From the NCBI GenBank assembly GCA_000146045.2, contig BK006946.2, positions 352,001-416,000 of the forward strand: a DNA stretch of 64,000 nt, read 5' to 3'. A program made the position numbers and the translations under genes. Source of the stretch: TPA_inf: Saccharomyces (Eukaryota). The notes below the pieces were generated by a model. The model searched no databases. It was not told the origin of the DNA and saw only the letters and a list, made by a program, of their open reading frames with translations. The number at the start of each line of letters is the position of its first letter. The stretch's first letter is position 1. Below, piece by piece: positions 24,001-34,100 of the stretch.

Positions 24001-24776
24001 TTGAGCCGTTCAGCGACTCCATGTGCTCGGGAATCCGCTGTGGTTGTATAGCATGGAGTTATACCATTTTTTTCAAGGAATTTATGGAGAGTTCTGTTAG
24101 TATACTCAGAACCACGGTCCATTTGTATAACCAAGACACTGGCCTGAAACTGGTTCTTAATAAAAGCTAGTATCGTAGTAAAAACATCGAGGATAGAGTC
24201 CTCGCGACGGTCGTGTAATGGATAAACCCAACGGAATTTTGTTGTCTCATCAGTAAATGAGATGAAATAGGATGGTGCACTTTTTGGTAGGTTGTGAACT
24301 GGACCAAATATGTCAGTATGTAGGTATTGAAAGGGTTCGTATGAATTTTGGTATTTTAGTCGTGAACCTTTGATATGTCTGTGTTTGGTGCTTTTGCCGA
24401 TTAAACAATCAGGACATTGATAGTCAATAGCACTAGACCAGTCGACATCTGATTCGTTAAAATACGTGATGGTGTTATTTTTAAGTGAGTATCGAATTGT
24501 CTGTGCATTGGCATGCGCAAGCATTCGATGAATGAAAGGATAAGGATATTTGCGTGTACTTTCACTTGTATGGACATTATTGATGGTGGGTACGGAGATA
24601 TTTGATGGAAGCAAGTACTTTTTAGATACCCAGTAAAAGTCTCCATATTTTACGATAGGTGCAAGTACAGTGCCGTCAGACCGTTCTAAGACGTTTTTGG
24701 TAAAGCATGCTGTGATATCTACTGCAGCCAATTCATTCAAACTGAGTAAGTCATAGGCTATGTTAGGAGTGTGCAA
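21057..24776 (-). CDS. TYB: Ty1 TYB (Pol); the ORF shown runs from its first Met
   Basis: The ORF is 1239 aa. Its first ~400 aa are identical to Ty1-3 TYB, with scattered differences in the integrase C-terminus and in RT/RNase H. Confidence 0.95.
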   Translation of the reverse strand: MHTPNIAYDLLSLNELAAVDITACFTKNVLERSDGTVLAPIVKYGDFYWVSKKYLLPSNISVPTINNVHTSESTRKYPYPFIHRMLAHANAQTIRYSLKNNTITYFNESDVDWSSAIDYQCPDCLIGKSTKHRHIKGSRLKYQNSYEPFQYLHTDIFGPVHNLPKSAPSYFISFTDETTKFRWVYPLHDRREDSILDVFTTILAFIKNQFQASVLVIQMDRGSEYTNRTLHKFLEKNGITPCYTTTADSRAHGVAERLNRTLLDDCRTQLQCSGLPNHLWFSAIEFSTIVRNSLASPKSKKSARQHAGLAGLDISTLLPFGQPVIVNDHNPNSKIHPRGIPGYALHPSRNSYGYIIYLPSLKKTVDTTNYVILQGKESRLDQFNYDALTFDEDLNRLTASYQSFIASNEIQQSDDLNIESDHDFQSDIELHPEQPRNVLSKAVSPTDSTPPSTHTEDSKRVSKTNIRAPREVDPNISESNILPSKKRSSTPQISNIESTGSGGMHKLNVPLLAPMSQSNTHESSHASKSKDFRHSDSYSENETNHTNVPISSTGGTNNKTVPQISDQETEKRIIHRSPSIDASPPENNSSHNIVPIKTPTTVSEQNTEESIIADLPLPDLPPESPTEFPDPFKELPPINSRQTNSSLGGIGDSNAYTTINSKKRSLEDNETEIKVSRDTWNTKNMRSLEPPRSKKRIHLIAAVKAVKSIKPIRTTLRYDEAITYNKDIKEKEKYIQAYHKEVNQLLKMKTWDTDRYYDRKEIDPKRVINSMFIFNRKRDGTHKARFVARGDIQHPDTYDPGMQSNTVHHYALMTSLSLALDNNYYITQLDISSAYLYADIKEELYIRPPPHLGMNDKLIRLKKSLYGLKQSGANWYETIKSYLIKQCGMEEVRGWSCVFKNSQVTICLFVDDMILFSKDLNANKKIITTLKKQYDTKIINLGESDNEIQYDILGLEIKYQRGKYMKLGMENSLTEKIPKLNVPLNPKGRKLSAPGQPGLYIDQQELELEEDDYKMKVHEMQKLIGLASYVGYKFRFDLLYYINTLAQHILFPSKQVLDMTYELIQFIWNTRDKQLIWHKSKPVKPTNKLVVISDASYGNQPYYKSQIGNIYLLNGKVIGGKSTKASLTCTSTTEAEIHAISESVPLLNNLSHLVQELNKKPITKGLLTDSKSTISIIISNNEEKFRNRFFGTKAMRLRDEVSGNHLHVCYIETKKNIADVMTKPLPIKTFKLLTNKWIH

Positions 24777-25002
24777 TACCTTTATTGATGTTTTGGTGTT
24801 GTCCTGGAAGTGAAATTGTAGGTCACCAATAGCGTTAATTGGTATATTTCTTTTTTGAGCATCAACTACGTTTATGTCAGGATTAGATGATGCTGAGTGT
24901 ATGTGATGAGCAGATCTTATAAGGGTTCGTGATGCTCCTGAATCGAGAAGGAGGTGTCCAGGGAGTTCATCATCAGAATGATTAGTATGATTTACTGTAG
25001 AT

Positions 25003-26325
25003 TCAGTAAGTTTCTGGCCTAAGATGAAGGTCGTGCTTATTGTTCAATTGAATCGGTTCAGTAGTTGATTTACTGATGGAATCGTTGTCCGTGCTGGGAG
25101 AGTTATTAGATGTGGATACATTGTGAGCCCTGGCTGTTTTCGATTTCGAATTATTTGTTTTTTGAGGATTCCGAGCTATAACTTTGGGTTTGGTTGTATT
25201 CGTATAGCTGCGAGAATCATTCTTCTCATCACTCGGATTTCTCCTGTAATTAGGTTTGCTGTTTCTCGATCCCTGTTGTTCTTCATAAATAGCATGGATA
25301 TCTAAGAACAGTTCAGCGACTGTCATATTTAGATGTCGATGACGTGTGTAGCGTAAAAATTTATATTCGCCAGATAGACCTCTCATAATTAATTGGCATG
25401 CGACCTTGTTATTGATATGAATGCCATTATTGTTCAGTCTGTCGATAATGTTTGTGACTTTTGTTTCAAATGCATCTGCAGGTGTACTGCCATTATATTG
25501 CAAATTTGCCAGGGTCACAATGTCGTTTGCCTCTTGGGTATCAGATTGCATTTTTTCAATACTTTTGGAAAGAATTTTCATGATATCCGTATAATCAACG
25601 GATAGGATGTCTTTGACCCAGGTAGGTAGGAATTGAGAGGGAGCAAATATTTGAAAAGTGTTATACAAGAAGGTGAGTTCATCATCAGTGATCTGACGTA
25701 CGGGTTTTCCGTTTACTGTCGGAATAATACCACCGAGATTCGAGTTTTGTAAAAATTTGATGTATGTTTTAACCCAATTTGGAAAATCATTAGGTGAGGT
25801 TAACATTGGTGGTGGTCTGACATATTTTTTAGTGGATGTCATATCAGAGTCCGCTGAGGATGAATCAGTAAATGTATTACCTGACTCAGGTGATGGAGTG
25901 CTCAGAGGCGTTCCAACTGATGATGGATACTGCGGAAACTGTGATTGTGGCCCAGGTGGAAAGTACATAGGCGACATTTGATAAGGTGTATACGGAATCA
26001 TAGATGGGTGTCCGTAAAATGACCAACCAGATGGATTGGCTTGGTTTTGGGTCATCATGCACTGCTGTGGGTACGGCCCATTCTGTGGAGGTGGTACTGA
26101 AGCAGGTTGAGGAGAGGCATGATGGGGGTTCTCTGGAACAGCTGATGAAGCAGGTGTTGTTGTCTGTTGAGAGTTAGCCTTAGTGGAAGCCTTATCATAT
26201 TCTTGAATTTTGGAAGCTGAAACGTCTAACGGATCTTGATTTGTGTGGACTTCCTTAGAAGTAACCGAAGCACAGGCGCTACCATGAGATATATGTGGGT
26301 AATTAGATAATTGTTGGGATTCCAT
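25003..26325 (-). CDS. TYA: Ty1 TYA (Gag), 440 aa, canonical Ty1 type
   Basis: The protein starts [39 protein letters not shown] and ends ...[10 protein letters not shown]. It matches the Ty1-H3-like Gag I remember. Confidence 0.95.
   Translation of the reverse strand: MESQQLSNYPHISHGSACASVTSKEVHTNQDPLDVSASKIQEYDKASTKANSQQTTTPASSAVPENPHHASPQPASVPPPQNGPYPQQCMMTQNQANPSGWSFYGHPSMIPYTPYQMSPMYFPPGPQSQFPQYPSSVGTPLSTPSPESGNTFTDSSSADSDMTSTKKYVRPPPMLTSPNDFPNWVKTYIKFLQNSNLGGIIPTVNGKPVRQITDDELTFLYNTFQIFAPSQFLPTWVKDILSVDYTDIMKILSKSIEKMQSDTQEANDIVTLANLQYNGSTPADAFETKVTNIIDRLNNNGIHINNKVACQLIMRGLSGEYKFLRYTRHRHLNMTVAELFLDIHAIYEEQQGSRNSKPNYRRNPSDEKNDSRSYTNTTKPKVIARNPQKTNNSKSKTARAHNVSTSNNSPSTDNDSISKSTTEPIQLNNKHDLHLRPETY
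25017..25023 (-). promoter_or_regulatory. Ty1 +1 frameshift heptamer CUU-AGG-C
   Basis: The plus strand reads gcctaag, 12 nt upstream of the TYA stop. Confidence 0.9.
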
Positions 26326-26622
26326 TGTTGATAAAGGCTATAATATTAGGTATACAGAATATACTAGAAGTTCTCCTCGAGGATATAGGAATCCTCAAAA
26401 TGGAATCTATATTTCTACATACTAATATTACGATTATTCCTCATTCCGTTTTATATGTTTATATTCATTGATCCTATTACATTATCAATCCTTGCGTTTC
26501 AGCTTCCTCTAACATCGATGACAGCTTCTCATAACTTATGTCATCATCTTAACACCGTATATGATAATATATTGATAATATAACTATTAGTTGATAGACG
26601 ATAGTGGATTTTTATTCCAACA
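26285..26622 (-). repeat. Ty1 5' LTR (delta), 338 bp
   Basis: Identical to 20697-21034; contains the TYA ATG. Confidence 0.95.
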
Positions 26623-26737
26623 GAAGGTGATCTAAAGATTGAGAAACAGTCACCAGATTTAGGGGAAGCTGAAATGCAATGATTGATAATGTAATAAGAA
26701 GCGAGAGGGAAAGTATAAAAAGGAAGTGATCAATTTG
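26623..26737 (+). repeat. Segment 2 of 3 of the old plus-orientation solo delta; it resumes immediately after the Ty1-4 target-site duplication
   Basis: The stretch gaagg|tgatctaaagattgagaaacagtcaccagatttaggggaagctgaaatgcaatgattgataatgtaataagaag aligns with the delta region GAAGATGACGCAAATGATGAGAAATAGTCATCTAAATTAGTGGAAGCTGAAACGCAAGGATTGATAATGTAATAGGATCAATG. Confidence 0.75.
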
Positions 26738-27061
26738 TGAATAATTTGATAACCGTTGGGATTCTATTGTTCGCAAGGGCTTTATTTTATTATGTGTACA
26801 GAATATAATAAAATTTCCCCTGAGAGATATACCAATCCTCAAATTGGAATCGATACTCCTATATAATACAATTACAATTATTTCTCCCTCCCTTTCGTAT
26901 GTTTCATTATCCTAGTACATTATCAATCCTTATATTTCTGCTTCCATTAAATTTTACGACTGTTTCTCAATGTTTAGATCATCTTCTTACACTGTATATG
27001 ATAATGTACGAGTGGCATGAATACTACTGAACAGATGATATTTTATAGCTTCATTCCAACA
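26738..27061 (-). repeat. Degenerate solo delta LTR in minus orientation, ~324 bp, inserted into the older plus-orientation delta
   Basis: It starts tgaataatttgataaccgttgggattctattgttcgcaagggc, matching the Ty1 LTR start tgag..ataattgttgggattccattgttgataaaggc. It ends ...agcttcattccaaca (reverse complement of TGTTGGAATGA) and is collinear with delta throughout, with many substitutions. Confidence 0.75.
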
Positions 27062-27220
27062 GAAAGAACATAAAGTAATATCGTTACGTAAAACTATCGA
27101 TTCCCTTTTGACGATTCCTACATCCTCGAGAAGAAGTTCTAGTATATTCTGTGTACCTAATATTGTAGGCTCTAACAACAATGGAATCCCAACAATTAAT
27201 CATCTTGATTATTTTATTCC
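27062..27220 (+). repeat. Segment 3 of 3 of the old plus-orientation solo delta (3' part)
   Basis: The stretch ...gattcctacatcctcgagaagaagttctagtatattctgtgtacctaatattgtaggctctaacaacaatggaatcccaacaattaatcatc aligns with the delta 3' end ...GATTCCTATATCCTCGAGGAGAACTTCTAGTATATCTACATACCTAATATTATTGCCTTATTAAAAATGGAATCCCAACAATTACATC. The three segments sum to about 343 bp, close to one full delta. Confidence 0.7.
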
Positions 27221-27302
27221 CCGCGTTTTAGAGCATCAATCTTGCCAGCTTATAGCTGGTCATTGTCGACGATAATCTCAAGCACAGGGCTAAAAAATAA
27301 AT

Positions 27303-27408
27303 TGAAACGGACAGGAATTGAACCTGCAACCCTTCGATTGCAATCTTATTCCGTGGAATTTCCAAGATTTAATTGGAGTCGAAAGCTCTACCATTGAGCC
27401 ACCGCTTC
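27303..27408 (-). tRNA. tW(CCA): tRNA-Trp (anticodon CCA) with a 34-nt intron
   Basis: The reverse complement reads gaagcggtggctcaatggtagagctttcgactccaa[intron]atcgaagggttgcaggttcaattcctgtccgtttca. An A-rich run on the plus strand lies before 27303. Confidence 0.88.
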
Positions 27409-27585
27409 AACTTTTATTGTTTATATTGACACCTGTATAACAATATAACCACAATAAAAGGTTCATTCAAAGCTCCGGCTAGCATTCGGCGATTAATGAA
27501 GAAAGTTAAACCGTGATTTATTACTTCTTGCTCGTTTTTTCCATCATAAGTTCGCACAGAGCAGTATATATAGTGATTTGCAAAT

Positions 27586-28200
27586 ATGAATAGCGGTGGT
27601 AGTGATAGTTTCGATTATCTTCTTCAATTAACAAAAGCTTTAAGTGCAGAGTGTCGGGCTAACAGACAAGAGACCGATCGAATAGAACTATTGTTAAAGC
27701 GCCTTGCCAAACAGTCAGGAATATCTTATGATAATTTGAGCAAAAACATAATTCCAGATTCATGGAAAGATAATGCATCTCAAAAAGCATCTCCCCCCAC
27801 TGAGGCACAGAAGCTTATCAGCGAAAATTTTAAACTCATATACGAGATTGAAAAACAAGAGTACTTCAATACAAAGGCTGTTGCGCTAATTAACAACATA
27901 AATGAGCATTTCTCATATATTAAAAATTTTATCGACGAACAGAATGCAATAAGAGAACGAAATATTGCCACATTTTCATCAGAGAAGCTTGATGAAAGGA
28001 ACAAAAGTCTTCAACAAAATTACGAGTCATTGAAGACAGAAAATGAAGAAACAAAAAAAAAATTGCATTCAATTATCAAACAGTTTGAAAAACTTTTGAA
28101 GGAAGTGGATTGGGATCGTATATCTAAAGATTCCAGAGATTACAGCCGCTTTAAAAAACAGTTGGAATACCTGCAAGACACGTACCAGGTACTGAAATAG
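27586..28200 (+). CDS. FAR3: FAR3, pheromone-arrest / Far complex coiled-coil protein, 204 aa
   Basis: The ORF is 204 aa, predicted coiled-coil, and sits between tRNA-Trp and STB2. Confidence 0.8.
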   Translation: MNSGGSDSFDYLLQLTKALSAECRANRQETDRIELLLKRLAKQSGISYDNLSKNIIPDSWKDNASQKASPPTEAQKLISENFKLIYEIEKQEYFNTKAVALINNINEHFSYIKNFIDEQNAIRERNIATFSSEKLDERNKSLQQNYESLKTENEETKKKLHSIIKQFEKLLKEVDWDRISKDSRDYSRFKKQLEYLQDTYQVLK

Positions 28201-28345
28201 CCTACGATGGATCGAACAAAAGTGTAAGCAGACGTGAAATAGCAAACCTTTGAATGCATTTATATATTTTAATATACTTATAACAACGGATAAATGTTTA
28301 GATCCCTTTTGAAAAAAAAAAAAAATTAGGATGAACCGAAAAAAA

Positions 28346-30898
28346 TCATACTCGTATTCCTCTATCGTCTTCACTGGCATTATTGTGTAAAGAATTATTA
28401 CCAAATAACCACCTGAACCACCCCACAGTATCATTCTTTAAATCTTTAAAATAACGGCGGCTCAGCATCTTTAAACAAAGAGCTTCATAGGTGGGGTTGT
28501 TAGTGGTCATCAAATCATTTACGCATCTATCATATTCGTCTTTATCACTCTTGGGATCTATTGCAGAGCATATTCCAGTTTTACCCTGTCCCTGAAGAGA
28601 GCTTTTCAACCCAATTAATTTGGAATCAAACTGAGCAACACTACTTTCAATATCTCGTACACGAACTTCCAATATCCTCATATCATATTTCAACCTAGAT
28701 GATAAGGAATTTAACTCTTGCATCTCATGGAGAAGAAGTTGTTGCTTATTGTCAATGTCTTCAAATCTCCCTTCAAACACTTTTGCACCATCTGAATACT
28801 TCTTATATAGTTCTTGCAGTCTTTTATATCTTTCGTTGAATTTAGAGTACTGACCAACAGTTCCCTCCTTATTTAATTTACCCATATAATGCTCATCCAT
28901 TTCTTGTATGTGTTGCTGCGCTTGGATGTCGTATTTCATTCGTAACAAATCTCTAGCTATTCGAACAACAGATGGATCAAATGGTAAATCCCATTTTTCC
29001 ACAATATTCTGTACAGCAGAAGAAGAGTTGCATCTATACAAACGAGATGACTTTTCCTTCAGCTCTGAAAGATCTTCATAAATGTTGTCGTGTGTGCGAT
29101 CTTTACAATAGGGAAACGAATTTCTTCGGTAGTATTCTCCTTGATATAATTTGTTGATGCCAAAATTATATGCATATTTGGTATTATCGTAGTTTGGAAA
29201 CATTGATGACACTGTTGCAGATGAGGGCATAGCATTGGTCCTCCCTATGTCTTCAGATGTATCAAGACTGGAAGAACTAACCTTTTTGGAGGCGTGCTTT
29301 TGAGCGTATGCGATTCTTTCCAAACGAAATTTTTCTAGTAGCATTTCCCTTTCTCTTATCTGCCCATCAGGATCGCCTCTCTGGTAGTTAAATTTCAAAA
29401 ATTCTTCATTAGAAATATCCGTACAGCATTTCCTTGGGTGTCCCTTACCTTTCCATAGTAGTCCTACAGAGCCTCCATGAATATTATGAATAAGTGTATC
29501 TAGATCTGTTGTAAGAATTTTGTGTGACAGGTTGATGGGATTTCCCTTTCCTATGATGTCCTGTACCGTTGATGTCACCATTTTCTTCAGTTTAAAAATG
29601 TCTTTGCTAGAAACTTTCGCTGTCACTTCAAAGAGTTTCTCTAACGTTCTTGGGTCTAAATAAACTCTAGATTTTCTTTTATTGAGGCCATGCTTTTTTT
29701 GGAAATTATAAATACCTTGGAAGAAACCAGCTTCATCAAAGGGATCCTTAGAGGAAATGCAATTTTCTATCATCAACTTGAAATAGCAACAAAGGATCAA
29801 ACTAATTAGGCCAGCTACTGTCGTCGGACCCAGTGTGCATTCATTCCTTGGCTTTTCTGTACCAAGGTACAGTTTCCCGTAAGTTTCCCACCATTCATCT
29901 ATAGCTCGCTTGGTGTCTTCACACAAAAGACCATCCGTCTGGTAGTTCTTAGATAACAAATTGAAATAACTCAACGAAATTTGAATTAAAGTTACCATCT
30001 CCACGACTGGTGATTTACTATCGGTATTTCGACACTTTGAATTTCCAACCGTCTTGTATTCTTCCTCAGGCAAACGCGGTTGCTGCTGCTGAATCATTTG
30101 GGGATACTGTGCAATAAAACCATTTGTAGGGATTTTGAACAGTTGTGAAAACTTATCAAGTGATGCCATAGTTGGAGGGCATAACAGATTTGCCGATCTT
30201 CCACCACAATGCAGGTTTTTCAGATCAAAATTAACCTCGAAATCCTTCCAAATTGTTCTCAAGTCACCACATTCCACATGCAACAGATTCAAGCCAAAGG
30301 ACACACCCGAAAGATTGGTAATAAATAGAGTGCCCTTTGGTGTAAATTTTGGCCGCGCAAATTCCATTAATTCTTCAAAATACAGTCTAAATCTCCCTGG
30401 CCACATACTCGTATCCTTTGGCAAAACGACTCTGACTCCCGATATTGTATCCTGAGAGTTTCCTGTATATGACGTAATCAATGTTGACAAATTCCTACAT
30501 GCTACCCATTGCTCCACAATATATATTTCAAACCCGTGTACGATAATTTCTTCATAAGTTAAATCAGCATAGTTGCCTAAATCTAACAAGAACAAAGCCC
30601 TAGAATCTGGGAATATAAAACTGTCGAGAGGCGGGAGCTGGCTCACAGTATCATTCTTTATCAACCCAACCACTTCCGAATCATCTGAGTGACCATAGTA
30701 ACTACTTCCACTGTAATTGGTTTCCTCATTGTTTAATTCATCGTAATAATCACCGTTTGCATCTTTTTGTCCACGTTCTCCAAAGAAATTATCATCGAGT
30801 GTATCCCTAGTGGAGTAAATTCTTTCTAAATCCTGCATATGTTTTCCATCAAACTGGCTAGTTTTGTCTCCTGTGGCAATAGTATCCGCCATAACCAT
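28346..30898 (-). CDS. STB2: STB2, Sin3-binding protein, 850 aa
   Basis: The 850-aa ORF matches the size and position of STB2. Confidence 0.8.
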   Translation of the reverse strand: MVMADTIATGDKTSQFDGKHMQDLERIYSTRDTLDDNFFGERGQKDANGDYYDELNNEETNYSGSSYYGHSDDSEVVGLIKNDTVSQLPPLDSFIFPDSRALFLLDLGNYADLTYEEIIVHGFEIYIVEQWVACRNLSTLITSYTGNSQDTISGVRVVLPKDTSMWPGRFRLYFEELMEFARPKFTPKGTLFITNLSGVSFGLNLLHVECGDLRTIWKDFEVNFDLKNLHCGGRSANLLCPPTMASLDKFSQLFKIPTNGFIAQYPQMIQQQQPRLPEEEYKTVGNSKCRNTDSKSPVVEMVTLIQISLSYFNLLSKNYQTDGLLCEDTKRAIDEWWETYGKLYLGTEKPRNECTLGPTTVAGLISLILCCYFKLMIENCISSKDPFDEAGFFQGIYNFQKKHGLNKRKSRVYLDPRTLEKLFEVTAKVSSKDIFKLKKMVTSTVQDIIGKGNPINLSHKILTTDLDTLIHNIHGGSVGLLWKGKGHPRKCCTDISNEEFLKFNYQRGDPDGQIREREMLLEKFRLERIAYAQKHASKKVSSSSLDTSEDIGRTNAMPSSATVSSMFPNYDNTKYAYNFGINKLYQGEYYRRNSFPYCKDRTHDNIYEDLSELKEKSSRLYRCNSSSAVQNIVEKWDLPFDPSVVRIARDLLRMKYDIQAQQHIQEMDEHYMGKLNKEGTVGQYSKFNERYKRLQELYKKYSDGAKVFEGRFEDIDNKQQLLLHEMQELNSLSSRLKYDMRILEVRVRDIESSVAQFDSKLIGLKSSLQGQGKTGICSAIDPKSDKDEYDRCVNDLMTTNNPTYEALCLKMLSRRYFKDLKNDTVGWFRWLFGNNSLHNNASEDDRGIRV

Positions 30899-31302
30899 AC
30901 ATATTTATTAATAGGTGCTTCTTCCAGGGTCTAGTTCATTACCTCCCCTAAATATCATTCTCAGATCATTATAGCTTCTATTTCCTGTTATGCGGGTAGC
31001 GGGGCTTATTTTTGTTTCTCAAAATAGAGGTGTCCTTTTTTGCCATTTTTGTTTATGTAGTCAACTGCATAGGTAGTTAAGAAAAGACATAGGCCCACGA
31101 AGGTGATTGGAAGTTCAGTGTTGACAATAATAGAATAGTAGCACACTCTTTTTATTTCGTTTTGCTTACAGTTTTGTACTCGCTTTTGCTTTTGCTTGCA
31201 AATAATATCCTCGTGACCTCGAGGCTTACATTAAGGTGCATATCATAATTCGCAACAGACGCATTCTTATTCTCTAAAATTCCTCGAGTTATATGAATAA
31301 TT

Positions 31303-33975
31303 ATGAATCAAGAAGAGGCTATATTCCGGTCAGCAGACATGACGTACGTCCAACTGTACATACCGTTGGAAGTCATAAGAGAGGTAACTTTCTTATTAGG
31401 GAAAATGAGTGTCTTTATGGTGATGGATCTCAATAAAGATTTAACTGCCTTTCAAAGAGGTTATGTTAACCAGTTGAGGCGTTTCGATGAAGTGGAAAGG
31501 ATGGTAGGCTTCTTGAATGAGGTAGTTGAAAAGCACGCCGCAGAGACCTGGAAGTATATTTTACATATCGATGATGAAGGAAACGACATTGCCCAACCCG
31601 ATATGGCGGATCTCATCAATACCATGGAACCACTATCGTTGGAAAATGTTAATGACATGGTGAAGGAAATTACTGATTGCGAATCCCGTGCAAGGCAATT
31701 AGATGAATCTTTAGATAGCCTTAGAAGTAAACTGAACGATCTTTTAGAGCAAAGGCAGGTAATATTCGAATGCTCAAAATTTATTGAAGTCAATCCTGGG
31801 ATTGCTGGAAGAGCTACAAACCCCGAGATTGAACAAGAAGAAAGGGATGTTGACGAGTTTAGAATGACCCCTGATGATATCAGTGAAACATTAAGCGATG
31901 CTTTTTCTTTTGACGACGAAACACCACAGGACCGGGGCGCTCTAGGGAATGACCTCACTAGAAACCAATCAGTCGAAGATCTAAGCTTTTTAGAGCAGGG
32001 ATACCAGCATAGATACATGATAACAGGCTCTATCAGAAGAACAAAAGTAGATATATTGAACAGAATCCTGTGGAGGTTATTGCGTGGTAATTTGATCTTT
32101 CAGAATTTTCCAATAGAGGAGCCATTGTTGGAAGGTAAAGAAAAGGTTGAAAAGGACTGCTTTATTATTTTTACTCATGGTGAAACATTGCTCAAGAAGG
32201 TTAAGCGTGTCATAGATTCCTTAAATGGTAAAATAGTCTCCCTGAATACTCGTTCTAGTGAATTAGTTGACACCTTAAACCGTCAAATAGACGACTTGCA
32301 AAGAATCCTGGATACTACCGAACAAACTTTACACACAGAACTGCTCGTTATACATGACCAGCTGCCAGTATGGTCCGCCATGACGAAAAGGGAAAAATAT
32401 GTTTATACCACATTGAACAAGTTCCAACAAGAATCACAGGGTCTAATAGCCGAAGGTTGGGTGCCTTCCACAGAATTGATCCATTTACAAGACTCATTGA
32501 AGGATTACATTGAAACGTTGGGTTCTGAATACAGTACCGTCTTTAATGTGATCCTAACCAATAAATTACCACCTACATACCATAGAACCAACAAGTTCAC
32601 TCAGGCCTTCCAATCGATTGTGGATGCATACGGTATCGCAACATATAAAGAAATCAATGCTGGTTTAGCCACGGTTGTCACCTTCCCATTTATGTTTGCC
32701 ATTATGTTTGGTGACATGGGCCATGGTTTCATTTTATTTTTGATGGCACTATTCTTGGTGCTAAATGAACGTAAGTTTGGTGCTATGCACAGGGACGAAA
32801 TTTTTGACATGGCATTTACAGGTAGATATGTTTTATTGTTGATGGGTGCATTTTCTGTATATACTGGGCTGTTGTACAATGATATCTTTTCCAAATCTAT
32901 GACAATATTCAAATCAGGCTGGCAATGGCCTTCCACTTTCAGAAAGGGCGAATCGATTGAGGCGAAGAAAACTGGGGTTTATCCGTTTGGATTGGATTTT
33001 GCTTGGCATGGTACTGATAACGGACTACTATTTTCCAACTCTTATAAGATGAAGCTGTCCATTCTAATGGGATACGCACATATGACTTATTCCTTCATGT
33101 TTTCTTATATCAATTACAGAGCTAAAAACTCTAAAGTGGACATAATTGGTAACTTTATCCCCGGTTTAGTGTTTATGCAATCAATATTTGGTTATTTGTC
33201 GTGGGCTATCGTGTACAAGTGGTCGAAGGATTGGATTAAAGATGATAAGCCTGCTCCAGGGTTACTGAATATGCTAATAAACATGTTTTTAGCACCGGGT
33301 ACTATTGATGATCAATTATATTCCGGACAAGCCAAGTTGCAAGTTGTACTACTGCTTGCGGCACTAGTTTGTGTCCCGTGGTTATTGCTGTATAAACCTT
33401 TAACACTGAGAAGGTTAAATAAGAACGGTGGTGGTGGCAGGCCTCACGGATACCAAAGTGTGGGCAATATTGAGCATGAGGAACAAATAGCACAACAGAG
33501 ACATTCAGCGGAAGGTTTCCAAGGGATGATCATCAGTGATGTTGCCAGTGTTGCAGACAGTATCAATGAAAGCGTTGGTGGAGGTGAACAGGGGCCATTT
33601 AATTTCGGCGATGTCATGATTCATCAGGTAATCCATACTATTGAATTCTGTTTAAATTGTATCTCTCATACAGCATCATATCTACGTCTTTGGGCACTAT
33701 CGTTGGCGCATGCGCAATTATCTAGTGTTTTATGGGATATGACAATTTCAAACGCTTTCAGTTCTAAAAACTCAGGGTCGCCTTTGGCTGTCATGAAGGT
33801 GGTTTTCTTATTTGCTATGTGGTTTGTTTTAACCGTTTGTATCCTAGTTTTCATGGAAGGTACTTCCGCAATGTTGCATGCGCTACGTTTGCATTGGGTG
33901 GAGGCAATGTCCAAATTTTTTGAAGGTGAAGGATATGCGTACGAGCCATTTTCATTTCGTGCAATAATAGAATAA
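31303..33975 (+). CDS. STV1: STV1, V-ATPase V0 subunit a (Golgi/endosome isoform), 890 aa
   Basis: It is a V-type ATPase 116-kDa subunit family member with a cytosolic N-terminal domain and C-terminal transmembrane helices that include the conserved LSLAHAQL motif. The N-terminus reads MNQEEAIFRSADMTYVQLYIPLE. Confidence 0.92.
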   Translation: MNQEEAIFRSADMTYVQLYIPLEVIREVTFLLGKMSVFMVMDLNKDLTAFQRGYVNQLRRFDEVERMVGFLNEVVEKHAAETWKYILHIDDEGNDIAQPDMADLINTMEPLSLENVNDMVKEITDCESRARQLDESLDSLRSKLNDLLEQRQVIFECSKFIEVNPGIAGRATNPEIEQEERDVDEFRMTPDDISETLSDAFSFDDETPQDRGALGNDLTRNQSVEDLSFLEQGYQHRYMITGSIRRTKVDILNRILWRLLRGNLIFQNFPIEEPLLEGKEKVEKDCFIIFTHGETLLKKVKRVIDSLNGKIVSLNTRSSELVDTLNRQIDDLQRILDTTEQTLHTELLVIHDQLPVWSAMTKREKYVYTTLNKFQQESQGLIAEGWVPSTELIHLQDSLKDYIETLGSEYSTVFNVILTNKLPPTYHRTNKFTQAFQSIVDAYGIATYKEINAGLATVVTFPFMFAIMFGDMGHGFILFLMALFLVLNERKFGAMHRDEIFDMAFTGRYVLLLMGAFSVYTGLLYNDIFSKSMTIFKSGWQWPSTFRKGESIEAKKTGVYPFGLDFAWHGTDNGLLFSNSYKMKLSILMGYAHMTYSFMFSYINYRAKNSKVDIIGNFIPGLVFMQSIFGYLSWAIVYKWSKDWIKDDKPAPGLLNMLINMFLAPGTIDDQLYSGQAKLQVVLLLAALVCVPWLLLYKPLTLRRLNKNGGGGRPHGYQSVGNIEHEEQIAQQRHSAEGFQGMIISDVASVADSINESVGGGEQGPFNFGDVMIHQVIHTIEFCLNCISHTASYLRLWALSLAHAQLSSVLWDMTISNAFSSKNSGSPLAVMKVVFLFAMWFVLTVCILVFMEGTSAMLHALRLHWVEAMSKFFEGEGYAYEPFSFRAIIE

Positions 33976-34100
33976 TAACCTTAAATTACTGTAAATTTTC
34001 TCATCTACCCACTGCTTTTTTCGTTTTATTTTTTTTTACACATACAGACATATAAACGTTGTAGAATTAAACGATAAAATATAATATTTCTTCACATAGT

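Larger units (their letters stand above)
20697..26622 (-). mobile_element. Full-length Ty1 LTR retrotransposon (YMRCTy1-4-like), 5926 bp, with canonical Ty1 Gag and Pol
   Basis: Two identical 338-bp LTRs (20697-21034 and 26285-26622) flank the element. A primer-binding site ggcgctacca sits at 26275-26284. A PPT (taccaccc) sits at 21035-21042. The 5-bp target-site duplication GAAGG sits at 20692-20696 and 26623-26627. Confidence 0.97.

Noticed and set aside
31461-32018. A 185-aa antisense ORF inside STV1 and a 177-aa antisense ORF inside AVO2 (55035-55568)
   Set aside because: They are fully embedded antisense to confidently identified genes, with Ser/Leu-rich composition typical of antisense artefacts.
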